Shown: positions 1 to 10,522 of the stretch, piece after piece
Position numbering within the stretch: position 1 is the stretch's first letter
Layout: each line of letters starts with the position of its first letter
Assembly: GCA_043815505.1 (NCBI GenBank)
Contig: JBDRIV010000004.1
Coordinates: 113,671-177,670, forward strand
Reading direction: 5' to 3'
DNA from: a bacterium
Lineage (GTDB): Bacteria; Patescibacteriota; JABMPQ01; JBDRIV01
DNA length: 64,000 nt
Position numbers and translations under genes: made by a program
Notes under the pieces: model-generated
Database searches by the model: none
What the model was told of the DNA's origin: nothing
What the model saw: only the letters and a program-made list of their open reading frames with translations

Positions 1-7
1 TGGCCAT
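1..7 (-). CDS. 5' end of a gene running off the left edge (ATG at 7, AAAGGAG SD upstream)
   Basis: Minus strand reads aaaaggagtaaatcatATGgcc; product not visible. Confidence 0.45.
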
Positions 8-643
8 ATGATTTACTCCTTTTGAATGTTTTTTGGTTCGCCAGTCCGCCAAGATTGGCGGGTTGAATTTCAGTCAATGCTAAAGTTTACCCGATCTCCT
101 AAAACGTCTAATTTACCCATTTCCTTTTTCTAAGGCTTGTAGTATCAGTTGTTTGGACATGTAGCGGTTATAATATACACAACATACGAGTCCAGAACAA
201 AGCTACATATACCCCATTTATCCGAGTAAATTACGGTTTTACTGTGGCTATCGGTTTTCCTTCAGTCATTGCTGAAACTATTGAACGAAGATGTGCAGGT
301 GTGGGTCACGCGGTATGAAAAACATGAATGTTATCAATACGCGACCCACACCTTTAATGAATTTTGAAGGAGGATAATTTATCCTAAACAGTTCTATTAC
401 AGTCAAACTAGTCCCCCTCCTTCTTTTTTTAAGTACCATCTCTTATTAAAGACATGGCGCCCCTTTCTTCCTGGTGGCACATTTTGATTATATCAGCATT
501 TATTCCGGTGATGCTGAATTGGAAGAAGCCGAGCACAATAATAAATTCATTCCTCCACAAGATGTGCCAATATTTTATTTTAACAGTTACTTTACAGCGC
601 GTTGGCACATTACATTATTGTACGCCCTTAAAAGTAACGGTGT

Positions 644-672
644 ATTGTATTACTAATGAATAATTTTGTCAA
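644..672 (-). promoter_or_regulatory. sigma70-like promoter TTGACA-N17-TACAAT
   Basis: Near-consensus hexamers with 17-nt spacer, pointing into the 1-640 region. Confidence 0.6.
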
Positions 673-737
673 GTATTTATTCTTATATAGTTTCCTATCA
701 CTATTAAATGGCTCACAAAAGCCATTTATACACATTT

Positions 738-1979
738 TTACACAGTAATTCCGGGTGGTGGAAAGTCCTTACAGAAGCTTAATACTTCATTTTTTACCCC
801 CTTTATCGTATTCTCATTTTCCGGATCTTGCACAATTCTATCCATCCATTTAGCAATTCTTTCCATCTCTTTTTCCTTCATTCCCCGAGATGTTATAGCC
901 GGAGTACCAAGTCTAATTCCTGATGGCTTAAGTGGTGGATTCGTGTCGTAGGGAACTGTATTGGCGTTGCAAATGATGCCAGCAACTGCCAGCGCCTTGG
1001 CAGTTTTTTTACCGCTCAAACTTTTATTTGTCATATCAATTAGCAATAAATGATTATCAGTTCCACCGGTCACAAGTTCAAAACCTTTTTCCAATAATTT
1101 TTCTGCCAGCGCTTTAGCATTGGCTACAATTTGCTTGGCATATTCTTTAAATTCATCTGTCGCAGCTTCTTTCAAAGCAACCGCAATAGCAGCGGTCGTA
1201 TTATTGTGTGGTCCGCCTTGCAGTCCTGGAAAAATTGCCCTATCAATTTTTTCGGCTAATTCTTCTTTACACATTATCATGCCACCACGTGGTCCACGTA
1301 AAGTTTTATGAGTGGTGGTTGTTACAACATCAGCCACACCAACTGGTGAGGGATGAACTCCACCAGCTATTAATCCCGCAATATGAGCAATGTCAGCTAG
1401 AAGATATGCTCCAACACTATCTGCCACCTCACGAAACTTGTACCAATCAATAACTCGCGGATAAGCTGTGGCACCAGCAATAATTAGTTTTGGTTTTTCT
1501 TTTAAAACTTGATCGCGTAGAGTATCAAAATTAATAAGTTTTGTTTCTTTATCAACTGTATATTGAACCGATTCAAATATTTTAGCGGTCGCACTAACAT
1601 TCCAACCGTGAGTCAAATGTCCGCCGTGTAACAAATTCATTCCCATAATTTTATCACCCGGCTCTAAAAGTCCCATGTAAACTGCTAAATTGGCCGGACT
1701 ACCAGAATAAGGTTGTACATTTACATGTTCAGCCTTAAATAATTCTTTAGCGCGCGCAATGGCCAACTCTTCAATCTCATCAATAAATTCTTGTCCTTCA
1801 TAATATCTTTTATGAGCATAACCTTCAGAATATTTGTTGGTCAAAATAGAACCAGTTGCTTCCATCACAGCCTCGGAAGCATAATTCTCTGATGGAATCA
1901 AACGAATAACTTCTGCTTGACGCTTGTTTTCAGAATTTATTAGTTCATAAATTTTGGAGTCACTTTGTTTCAGAGACAT
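738..1979 (-). CDS. glyA: serine hydroxymethyltransferase
   Basis: LIPSEN, NKYSEGY, GGHLTHG, TTTHKTLRGPRGG motifs. Confidence 0.98.
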   Translation of the reverse strand: MSLKQSDSKIYELINSENKRQAEVIRLIPSENYASEAVMEATGSILTNKYSEGYAHKRYYEGQEFIDEIEELAIARAKELFKAEHVNVQPYSGSPANLAVYMGLLEPGDKIMGMNLLHGGHLTHGWNVSATAKIFESVQYTVDKETKLINFDTLRDQVLKEKPKLIIAGATAYPRVIDWYKFREVADSVGAYLLADIAHIAGLIAGGVHPSPVGVADVVTTTTHKTLRGPRGGMIMCKEELAEKIDRAIFPGLQGGPHNNTTAAIAVALKEAATDEFKEYAKQIVANAKALAEKLLEKGFELVTGGTDNHLLLIDMTNKSLSGKKTAKALAVAGIICNANTVPYDTNPPLKPSGIRLGTPAITSRGMKEKEMERIAKWMDRIVQDPENENTIKGVKNEVLSFCKDFPPPGITV

Positions 1980-3141
1980 ATTCTTCTTTTTCGTTTAGAA
2001 ATAAATATAGCAAGGAATAAAAAGCGGCTGGTATAAACACGTAAGCTAAATTATCGGTATAATAAACAATTATAAAACAAATGATGGCTGCCAGTATTCT
2101 ACCAAGATTTAAGCTAAGTTGAAATAGGTTGACTCCTTTCATAACGCCGTGGCGGGAAGCGTGACCATAAGCTGAAGCCATTACCGGAATACCGATAGAA
2201 TTTCTGGCGGTGCGAGAAAAAACATCTATAAAGAAAGCTTGGGGAGCAGAACGAATAAAAACTTTCACTATTAAAACCACAAAGTAAACAATTGATCCGG
2301 TTTTTAGGATATTTTTCTTTTTATCAGCTTGTTTGCCTACAGCCAACATAATTAAAACGGTAATAAGGGTTGAAAAAGCAACAATTGAGCCGAGCGCAAA
2401 AGTATCTTGTACAACTAAGTAAATAAAAACTGGCCAAAGAATACAGGTCATAAAATCCTCGGCCACGCCCATATAGCCGAGAACGCGGCGACGGTTTTCT
2501 TTTTTAAATAGGCGTTTATAAGCCTTGGTGTAACTGAATTTACTTGGTGTAAATTTTTCTTTGGTTGTAAAAATAGGAATAATGGATATAAAAAGCAAAA
2601 TTGCAACTATTACAAACAAAGTGCTAAAATTAGAAATTTTTAAGATTAATCCACCAAGAAAGGGGGCAGCGATGGTTACGGTTAACACCAAGCTTTTCAA
2701 CTTACCAATTTCTTTACCGCGCTGATCTTGACTGCCATAAAAAGCCAAATCGCCATGATAAGCTGGCCAAAATATAGTTCGAAAAAAAACCAACAAAAAC
2801 ATCGCCAACGGCAACAACCACAAATAAAATTGCAACATGTAAAGCACAATAAAATAACCAATCAGAATTGGAATTGAATAAAAAATGTTGTGTTCAAAAC
2901 CAAAATGAGCTGACATTTTAGCACCAAACGGTAACAACAAAAAATAAAAGAAAGCAACAAATCCATAAAACATTATTACTTGCAGAATAGATAATCCTAA
3001 ACTGATAAAATAAATCGGCTCAAAAAGCGAAAACATACTCCGCGCAAACTGCTGAATTATAAAAGTTAAGTACAATTCGTTTATTTCCCGACGTGCTTTA
3101 TGATCCAGATAGGAATAATGTGGTTGTGTTTCAGTTGGCAT
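1960..3141 (-). CDS. MFS transporter
   Basis: 393 aa, about 12 hydrophobic segments. Confidence 0.75.
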   Translation of the reverse strand: MPTETQPHYSYLDHKARREINELYLTFIIQQFARSMFSLFEPIYFISLGLSILQVIMFYGFVAFFYFLLLPFGAKMSAHFGFEHNIFYSIPILIGYFIVLYMLQFYLWLLPLAMFLLVFFRTIFWPAYHGDLAFYGSQDQRGKEIGKLKSLVLTVTIAAPFLGGLILKISNFSTLFVIVAILLFISIIPIFTTKEKFTPSKFSYTKAYKRLFKKENRRRVLGYMGVAEDFMTCILWPVFIYLVVQDTFALGSIVAFSTLITVLIMLAVGKQADKKKNILKTGSIVYFVVLIVKVFIRSAPQAFFIDVFSRTARNSIGIPVMASAYGHASRHGVMKGVNLFQLSLNLGRILAAIICFIIVYYTDNLAYVFIPAAFYSLLYLFLNEKEEYVSETK

Positions 3142-3754
3142 TTTGTATTGCTTTTTTAATTTGCTCTAAAGTTATTTTTCCAGTGCGCACAATTTTAGGT
3201 TCTTCTGCGGTTAAATCTACAATAGTTGAATTAGGATTTTCTTCTAAATCACCCGCATCAACTAGCATTTTTATTTGTTTTAACTCAGCAAAATTTTTAG
3301 CCTTACTAATTTTATAAATTGGTTCTAAACCAGATTCATTTAAACTGGTAGAAATTAGAGGAAAGTCTATAGCGTTAAAAAGCTCATTTATAACTGGATA
3401 ATTAGAAATTCTTATCGCCAGTGTTTTATTCATACCTAAATAAGTGGGACAAGAATCCTTTTTCTTTAGAATAACAGATAAACCATCATTCGGAAATGCT
3501 CTTAAAATTGCTTTAGCTTCGTCATTCATTTCAACAATTTCACTTGCCATGGTTTTGTCTTTTACTAAAACGAGAAAAGATTTACTCTTTTCTCTTTGCT
3601 TTATTTGTTCTATTTCCTCTACCAAATCCTTTTTATAAATGGAACAAGAAAGTCCATATGAAGTTTCGGTAGGTAACACCACAACATAATTTTCTAAAGC
3701 TGTGGCAATTAATTCTTTATTTTTAGGCAAATTTGAGGCTAAAATATGTTGCAT
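3131..3754 (-). CDS. tsaC: L-threonylcarbamoyladenylate synthase (TsaC/Sua5/YrdC family)
   Basis: PTETSYGL, IKQR, AIRIS, STSLNESG, STIVD motifs. Confidence 0.9.
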   Translation of the reverse strand: MQHILASNLPKNKELIATALENYVVVLPTETSYGLSCSIYKKDLVEEIEQIKQREKSKSFLVLVKDKTMASEIVEMNDEAKAILRAFPNDGLSVILKKKDSCPTYLGMNKTLAIRISNYPVINELFNAIDFPLISTSLNESGLEPIYKISKAKNFAELKQIKMLVDAGDLEENPNSTIVDLTAEEPKIVRTGKITLEQIKKAIQNAN

Positions 3755-3835
3755 AGAAATCTTAAACTATTGTGCGACGCGTTAGATTTTTAGTAAATTG
3801 TGCGACACCTCCCCATCATTACACAAAAAAACAGT

Positions 3836-4591
3836 TTAGTTTTTCTTTTCTCTGGCTGCTTGTAACTGTTCTGGTGTATTTACACCATGCCATTCAGCTA
3901 AGTTTTCCAATTTATAAGCAATTACTCTTTCTCTATTCTCTTCTAGGGCCAGTTTAATCAAATCTGGTGCAATTAATTCACCCTTGCCAGTTGTTGAAGG
4001 TTGAAGTTTGGTTATGGAAGCTGCAAGCCATTTTTTATTAAATAAATAGAAACCGGCATTTATTTCTGTGAATTTCCACAAATCCTCTGTCATTGATTCT
4101 TTCTCCACAATTTGTAACACTTTGCCATCATCATCCCGAATCACGCGACCAATGTCACGTGTTTCCGGATACTCAACGGTAATAAAACTTAATAAAGCAT
4201 TATTTTTAATATGGCAATCAATAAAATTAGCGATCGTTTTTTTCTGGTAAAAAGCAGAGTCATCACCTTGAAGGGCGAGTACGTATTCTGACTTGTCAGA
4301 AACTTCTGCTAATCCACAACCAATTGCGTGTCCAGTACCAAGCTGTTCTTCTTGAACAGCATATTTAACGCGATCACCAAAATAATCTTGAATCATGGCT
4401 CTTTTATAACCAACAACAAGAATTTTCTCTAAGATCTCCAGTGATTCTAAAAGTTCCACCGAATATTCCACCATGGGTTTTCCGTTTAATTCCATTAAAA
4501 CTTTAGGAATTTCGGCTGGCTGACCATTATTAATTCTGGTGCCTTTGCCGGCAGCTAAAACTACGGCTGAAATGTTTGTATATTTTGACAT
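3836..4591 (-). CDS. sugar-phosphate nucleotidyltransferase (GlmU N-terminal domain only); probable start 4591
   Basis: LAAGKGTR, PKVL, QEEQLGTGHA, IVE, EINAG, GVNT; no hexapeptide acetyltransferase domain. Confidence 0.85.
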   Translation of the reverse strand: MSKYTNISAVVLAAGKGTRINNGQPAEIPKVLMELNGKPMVEYSVELLESLEILEKILVVGYKRAMIQDYFGDRVKYAVQEEQLGTGHAIGCGLAEVSDKSEYVLALQGDDSAFYQKKTIANFIDCHIKNNALLSFITVEYPETRDIGRVIRDDDGKVLQIVEKESMTEDLWKFTEINAGFYLFNKKWLAASITKLQPSTTGKGELIAPDLIKLALEENRERVIAYKLENLAEWHGVNTPEQLQAAREKKN

Positions 4592-4624
4592 AATAAAATA
4601 GAGCCTTAATAGTTTGCTCAAATA

Positions 4625-7462
4625 CTATTGTACCACAAAATTAAGAATTTTACCCGGTACAAATATGGTTTTAATAATCTTTTTATCCGCAAGACTTTTC
4701 TTAACCTTATCGTCGTTTTCAGCCAGTTTTATAATTTCTTTTTCCGCAGTATCTTTTTTAACTTGCAAAGTTGCTTTTAATTTGCCGTTAACTTGAATAA
4801 CAATTTCAACTTCTTCTTCTCTAACTACTTTTTTATCATACTGAGGCCATTGTGATGCGGTAATATCAGTTTTTTCCATTTGTGACCAGAGCTCAGAAGT
4901 AATGTGTGGAGCAAAAGGAAATAGAATTTGCAAAAATCTTTTTAGTTGATCATGAGAAACCGACTTAGAATTTTCAAATTCGCGAGCCAGAATCATCATT
5001 TTAGAAATGGCAGTATTGAATTTTAACGCTTCAATATCATCGGTAACTTTTTTAATGGTTTGTTGTAAAAGTTTTTCAATCTCACTTGAACCTTTAGTGT
5101 TGTCAGCAATAATTCTTTCCGAAATTTTCCAAATGCGCTCAACAAATCGTCTCACACCAACAATTCCTTTAGTGCTCCATGGTTTAGAATCTTCCAAAGG
5201 ACCCATAAACATTTCGAACATGCGCATAGCATCAGCGCCATATTCCGCTATTACATCGTCAGGATTTATAACATTGCCCCAACGTTTACTCATTTTACGC
5301 GAATCTTCTGCCAAAATAATTCCTTGATTGCGAATCTTTATAAATGGTTCATCAAAATCTAAGAATTTTAGGTCACGCAAGGCTTTGGTAATAAAGCGAG
5401 CATAAATAAGATGACCAACTGCATGTTCCATACCACCAACATATAAATCAACCGGCAGGAAGAATTTGGCCTTATCTTTGCCAAAAGGCTCTTTATCGTT
5501 TTTTGGATCCAGGAAGCGCAAGAAGTACCAAGAGGAACAAACAAAAGTATCTAGCGTGTCATTTTCTCGTCTGGCTTTGCCAGAACATTTTGGGCATTTT
5601 ACATCATGGAAGGTTTTGGAACTTTTAAGTGGGGACTCGCCAGTTGGTTTAAAATCAACATCTTCGGGAAGTTTAATGGGTAAATCTTTTTCTGGGACGG
5701 GAACTTCACCGCATTTATCACAATAAACAATGGGAATGGGTGCACCCCAATATCGCTGGCGGGAAACCAACCAATCACGAATTTTATATTGAACCTGTTT
5801 TTTGCCTTTAACAAATTTAGTAATTTTTTCTTTAGCAGTTTCTGAATCCAGTCCGTTAAATTGGCCTGAATTAATCATAACACCTTTGCCAGAATAAACT
5901 TCGGTTTTATTGTTCATTCGATCCAACCAAATATCCATCTCACTATGAGTCATGTTATCAACTGTTAGTTTGGAAATATCTTGCCAAACATAATCATGAA
6001 TTTCTTTTTCTTCTGCTGATATTTCATCTTTTTCATCATTATCTAAATCTAAACTAACAAGACTTGTGTAAGCAATTCTGTTTTCCTTTTTATGATTAGC
6101 ATAATAGTTTGCTTTTACCTGACCACCAAGCACTTTAGCATTTTTAAAGTTTTTATAACCCGTTTCTTCTTTCACTTCTCGCATAGCGGCCTCAATTAAA
6201 CTTTCATCATCATCAACACCGCCCATCGGAAAGGTTGTCCAAGGAAACTTTTTCCATTTCAATATTAGAACCTTGTTGTTCTTTGGATTACGAACCAAAA
6301 CATGAATAATCTTTCTAACAACTTCTTTTTTATCAGGTTGGGGAGGATTTTTTTCATCCGTTCTTTCTGGAATAACAACTTCTTCAATTGGTAAATTATA
6401 TTTCTTAGCAAACTCATTATCGCGCTGATCATGAGCTGGGACGGCCATTATAGAACCTGTGCCGTAATCAAGTAGAACGTAATCGGCCACCCAAATTGGT
6501 ATCTCTTTTTTAGTGGCGGGATTTATGGCAGAAATTCCTTTTATTTCCACACCAGTTTTTTCTTTGGCTAAATCGGTTCGTTCCAATTTATTTTTCTTTT
6601 GCGCCTGCTTAATATATTCTTCAACTTCTGACCAGTTAGAAATTTCATTTTTTAAATCTTGCAAAACTTTGTGTTCTGGCGCAATAACCATGTAAGTAGC
6701 GCCAAAAAGAGTGTCTGGACGCGTTGTAAACACCTCTAAAGCCTTATTTTTGGCTGTAAGAGCGAATTTTATGCTCGCACCCTCAGATTTACCAATCCAG
6801 TTCTTTTGCGTTGTTTTAAGCGATTCTGACCAATCTAAATCATCAATTTTTTCTAATATTTCCTCAACATAAGCAGTTTGTTTAAAAAACCACTGTTCCA
6901 ATTCTTTTTGAATAACTTCTGCACCACAACGTTCACATTTACCATCAATAACTTGCTCGTTAGCCAAAACAGTTTTACAGTCATCACACCAATTTACTGG
7001 CGCTGATTTTTTATAAGCCAAACCTTTTTTATATAATTGCAAAAATAACCACTGCGTCCATTTATAAAATTTAGGATCAGAAGTATTTATTTCGCGATCC
7101 CAATCATAAGATAAACCAATGGCCTTAATTTGTTTTTTGAAGTTGGCAATATTAATTTCAGTTTTTTTGGCTGGATGTGTTCCAGTTTTTATAGCAAAGT
7201 TTTCTGCTGGCAATCCAAAAGAATCCCAACCCATGGGATGTAAAACTTCAAAACCATTTAATCTTTTGTGATGTGAGATAATATCGGTGGCTGTATATCC
7301 TTCTGGATGTCCAACGTGTAATCCATCTCCTGATGGATATGGAAACATGTCTAAGCAATAGAATTTTTTCTTATCGGTGGGGAAGTCAGTTGAAAAAGTT
7401 TTTTCCTCTTCCCATTTCTTTTGCCATTTTGATTCAATTTTTTGATGGTTATATTCGTACAT
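4625..7462 (-). CDS. leuS: leucine--tRNA ligase with inserted NUDIX domain; probable start 7462 (MYEYNH)
   Basis: MFPYPSGDGLHVGH, FTTRPDT, VSRQRYWG, KMSKR. Confidence 0.97.
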   Translation of the reverse strand: MYEYNHQKIESKWQKKWEEEKTFSTDFPTDKKKFYCLDMFPYPSGDGLHVGHPEGYTATDIISHHKRLNGFEVLHPMGWDSFGLPAENFAIKTGTHPAKKTEINIANFKKQIKAIGLSYDWDREINTSDPKFYKWTQWLFLQLYKKGLAYKKSAPVNWCDDCKTVLANEQVIDGKCERCGAEVIQKELEQWFFKQTAYVEEILEKIDDLDWSESLKTTQKNWIGKSEGASIKFALTAKNKALEVFTTRPDTLFGATYMVIAPEHKVLQDLKNEISNWSEVEEYIKQAQKKNKLERTDLAKEKTGVEIKGISAINPATKKEIPIWVADYVLLDYGTGSIMAVPAHDQRDNEFAKKYNLPIEEVVIPERTDEKNPPQPDKKEVVRKIIHVLVRNPKNNKVLILKWKKFPWTTFPMGGVDDDESLIEAAMREVKEETGYKNFKNAKVLGGQVKANYYANHKKENRIAYTSLVSLDLDNDEKDEISAEEKEIHDYVWQDISKLTVDNMTHSEMDIWLDRMNNKTEVYSGKGVMINSGQFNGLDSETAKEKITKFVKGKKQVQYKIRDWLVSRQRYWGAPIPIVYCDKCGEVPVPEKDLPIKLPEDVDFKPTGESPLKSSKTFHDVKCPKCSGKARRENDTLDTFVCSSWYFLRFLDPKNDKEPFGKDKAKFFLPVDLYVGGMEHAVGHLIYARFITKALRDLKFLDFDEPFIKIRNQGIILAEDSRKMSKRWGNVINPDDVIAEYGADAMRMFEMFMGPLEDSKPWSTKGIVGVRRFVERIWKISERIIADNTKGSSEIEKLLQQTIKKVTDDIEALKFNTAISKMMILAREFENSKSVSHDQLKRFLQILFPFAPHITSELWSQMEKTDITASQWPQYDKKVVREEEVEIVIQVNGKLKATLQVKKDTAEKEIIKLAENDDKVKKSLADKKIIKTIFVPGKILNFVVQ

Positions 7463-7463
7463 A

Positions 7464-8225
7464 TCAGATGTTAAATACCCTCTTAGCATTGTGCGACGCA
7501 TGGGCAATTATTTTATCGATCGCTTTTCCTTTTAACTCCGCGACTCTTTTGTAAATATACTTTACATTAGCAGGTTCATTGCGTTCTCCCCTCACTGCTT
7601 GCGGAGAAAGATAGGGAGCGTCCGTTTCAATCATAAACTTGTCCAAAGGAATTTCTTTTACCACTTCATATAGTTCATCATTTTTTGGATACGTAATAAT
7701 TCCCGTAAAAGAAATTGTGAATCCTAAATCTAAAAACAATTTCGCCTCTTCCCTACTCCCGGCAAAGCAATGTAGGTTTCCTTTTAGCCATCCTTCATGC
7801 TTTATCACCTCGGCCATATCTTTATAGGAATTCCGGCAATGAAGCATTAGTGGCAAATCATTTTCTTGTGCAATTCTAATTTGCTCTACTAAAAGTCTTC
7901 TTTGTAGTTTTTTCTCATCATCAGAAATTTCCCCGAAAAAATCTAAACCGCATTCCCCCACTGCCACAACCTTATTTTTCTTGGCCATCTTGGCAATCCT
8001 TATTACGTCTTCATCGCCATATTTTTTGGCTGCATGAGGATGAATACCAACTGAAGCCCAAACGAAATCGTACTTTTTGGCTAACACAAGGGATTTCTTA
8101 CTGGTTCTTGCATCAACACCAACGTTTATAATTTTCTCAATTCCCTCTTCATGATTCTCTTTTATTACCTTGTCGCGATCAGAATTAAATTTCTTAAAAT
8201 CTAAATGCGCGTGAATGTCATTCAT
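7464..8225 (-). CDS. tatD: TatD family DNase
   Basis: DIHAH, GIHPH, GECGLD, LHCR, HCF, ETDAPYL. Confidence 0.95.
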   Translation of the reverse strand: MNDIHAHLDFKKFNSDRDKVIKENHEEGIEKIINVGVDARTSKKSLVLAKKYDFVWASVGIHPHAAKKYGDEDVIRIAKMAKKNKVVAVGECGLDFFGEISDDEKKLQRRLLVEQIRIAQENDLPLMLHCRNSYKDMAEVIKHEGWLKGNLHCFAGSREEAKLFLDLGFTISFTGIITYPKNDELYEVVKEIPLDKFMIETDAPYLSPQAVRGERNEPANVKYIYKRVAELKGKAIDKIIAHASHNAKRVFNI

Positions 8226-8229
8226 AAAT

Positions 8230-9831
8230 TTATTTATCTTGTCCTGAGCCTGTCGAAGGATCCTCTAGTCTTGGAAATAATGGTTCTGCTTTTTGAATTT
8301 CATTAATATCAAGTTTATTATTCTTAACATCAATACCTAATTGTTTAAATATCTCATTTTCTGTTTCCGGCATGATGTGTTTCAAATAATAAGCAATATA
8401 TACTAATGCGTTAACAATATTCCATAGTATTTCGTACACTTTTTCTTTTTTGTTTTTCTTGAACAGAGTCCATGGTTCAGTATCGGCAATATACTTATTT
8501 GTTTTATCTACTTTTTCCCAAATAACTTTGATTACCTTATCAAATTCAAAATTTTCATAATACTTTTTTACTTCTTCCTCATTAAATCTCAATTCTTTGT
8601 TTTGAGTTTTAGAATATATAGTTTTAAAAGGGACTTTTTTATTTTCTGTATATTTTTCAATCATAGTAACCGTTCGAGACAATAAATTTCCCAAACCATC
8701 TGCTAGCTCACCTTTGTATCGCGCTTCCAGTTTTTTAATTGAAAAATCACCATCATCTCCGAACGGGATTTCGCGCAACATAAAATAGCGCAGAACGTCA
8801 TTTCCATATTTTTCAGATAATTCCAACGGATCAATGGTATTCCCAAGTGATTTACTAATTTTTTTACCATTCAATGTAAAGAATCCATGAACATATATTT
8901 GTTTCGGTAAAGGTAGTCCGGCTGACATTAGCATTGCCGGCCACAGAGCACAATGAAATTTGGTGATGTCTTTACCAATTAAATGTGTACCTGGCCAAAA
9001 CTTTTTCATTTTATAATCATTATCTATTCCGAAATCTAACGCAGAAATGTAATTTATTAAAGCATCAAACCAAACATAGAAAACATGATCTTTTTCACCG
9101 GGCACAGGAATGCCCCACTTAATATCACCTGAGCGAGAAATACTTATATCTTCCATTTCATCTTTTATATAATTTATTATTTCTCTCTTCCTTTTTTCAG
9201 GTTTTATAAAATCAGGATTGGTTTTTATATATTCAAGCAATTTTTCCCTATATTCTGAAAGTTTAAAAAATAGGTTATCTTCTTCAATCTCTTTTAAGGC
9301 TTCTTTATGATCAGGACACTTTCCATCAACCAAGTCGGATTCCTTTTTAAAAGCTTCACAACCAACACAATATAGGCCTATATACTTTCCTTTGTAAATA
9401 TCTCCTTTTGCCTTAATTAAGCCATATAACTTCTCAACAGCTCTAATATGTCGTTTTTCTGTTGTATGTATAAAGCTTTCCTTTTTATTTGATCTTACAA
9501 TACTTAAGCCGAGCTTTTCCCATGTATCAAACCAAATATCATTCATTTCTTTCAAATATTCTTCTGGGGATTTTTTAGCTTTTTCGGCTGCTTGTATGGT
9601 TTTTAAACTATTTTCATCAGTACCAGTCATTAACAAACCTTCTACATTATTCACCTTTTTACTCCGGATAATTTCACCTGCACCAGTCATTAAGCTTTTA
9701 GTTCTATTAATGCTTGTATGAAAACGTAATGCCACGTCCGCCATAATTGTAGTATAAGCATGACCAATATGTGGTTTGTCGTTAACGTAATAAATTGGAG
9801 TTGTGATATAAAATGTATTTTTTTCTGCCAT
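8230..9831 (-). CDS. metG: methionine--tRNA ligase
   Basis: YYVNDKPHIGH, YVWFDAL, KISKS. Confidence 0.96.
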   Translation of the reverse strand: MAEKNTFYITTPIYYVNDKPHIGHAYTTIMADVALRFHTSINRTKSLMTGAGEIIRSKKVNNVEGLLMTGTDENSLKTIQAAEKAKKSPEEYLKEMNDIWFDTWEKLGLSIVRSNKKESFIHTTEKRHIRAVEKLYGLIKAKGDIYKGKYIGLYCVGCEAFKKESDLVDGKCPDHKEALKEIEEDNLFFKLSEYREKLLEYIKTNPDFIKPEKRKREIINYIKDEMEDISISRSGDIKWGIPVPGEKDHVFYVWFDALINYISALDFGIDNDYKMKKFWPGTHLIGKDITKFHCALWPAMLMSAGLPLPKQIYVHGFFTLNGKKISKSLGNTIDPLELSEKYGNDVLRYFMLREIPFGDDGDFSIKKLEARYKGELADGLGNLLSRTVTMIEKYTENKKVPFKTIYSKTQNKELRFNEEEVKKYYENFEFDKVIKVIWEKVDKTNKYIADTEPWTLFKKNKKEKVYEILWNIVNALVYIAYYLKHIMPETENEIFKQLGIDVKNNKLDINEIQKAEPLFPRLEDPSTGSGQDK

Positions 9832-10520
9832 TATAATTTCCTTAAAACAATTACAAATTCCCCTTTTAATTTTTTATCCTTTATTTGAGCGCTAACTTCT
9901 GCCGTTGTACCCCTAAATTTTTCTTCATACATTTTTGTTAGTTCACGGGCTACCATTATTTCTCTATCTGGTTGCCTACTAGAAATTTCTGCTACTGTTT
10001 TTATGATTCTAAATGGTGATTCATACAATACTGTTGTTTCTGTAGTTTCTGCTAGCTCATTAAAAAATGTTTCTCTCCCCTTTTTTACTGGCACATAACC
10101 TTTGAAAACAAATTGCTGGGTGGGAAATCCAGAAATGCTTAAAGCAGAAATTACAGCGGACGGTCCGGGAATTGCTTGAACATCAGCTTTAGTTTCTACT
10201 ACTACTTTTTCTACTAATCTGGAACCAGGATCAGAAATGGCTGGTGTACCAGCATCAGAAACAAGAGCCACCTGTTTTCCGCTTTTTAACTCCTTCACAA
10301 TTTCATCTGCTTTCAAGTCGTGATTATGTTCGTTGTAAGAAGATAAGGGTACGGAAAAATCATAAGCGTCCAGGATTTTTTTTGTTTGTCTGGTGTCCTC
10401 GCAAAATATAATATCTACCGCTTGTAAAATGTTTAGCGCTCTAGTTGAAATATCGTCAAGATTTCCAATGGGAGTGGCAACCACAAACAGCGTGCCAAGT
10501 TGTTTTCTTTCGCTTGTCAT
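9831..10520 (-). CDS. rsmI: 16S rRNA C1402 2'-O-methyltransferase; probable start 10520
   Basis: VATPIGNLDDIS, EDTR, VSDAGTPAISDPG, RELTK. Confidence 0.95.
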   Translation of the reverse strand: MTSERKQLGTLFVVATPIGNLDDISTRALNILQAVDIIFCEDTRQTKKILDAYDFSVPLSSYNEHNHDLKADEIVKELKSGKQVALVSDAGTPAISDPGSRLVEKVVVETKADVQAIPGPSAVISALSISGFPTQQFVFKGYVPVKKGRETFFNELAETTETTVLYESPFRIIKTVAEISSRQPDREIMVARELTKMYEEKFRGTTAEVSAQIKDKKLKGEFVIVLRKL

Positions 10521-10522
10521 AT

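Noticed and set aside
454-663. Two + strand ORFs of 60-69 aa
   Set aside because: No upstream promoter seen and no recognisable features; the local promoter points to the minus strand
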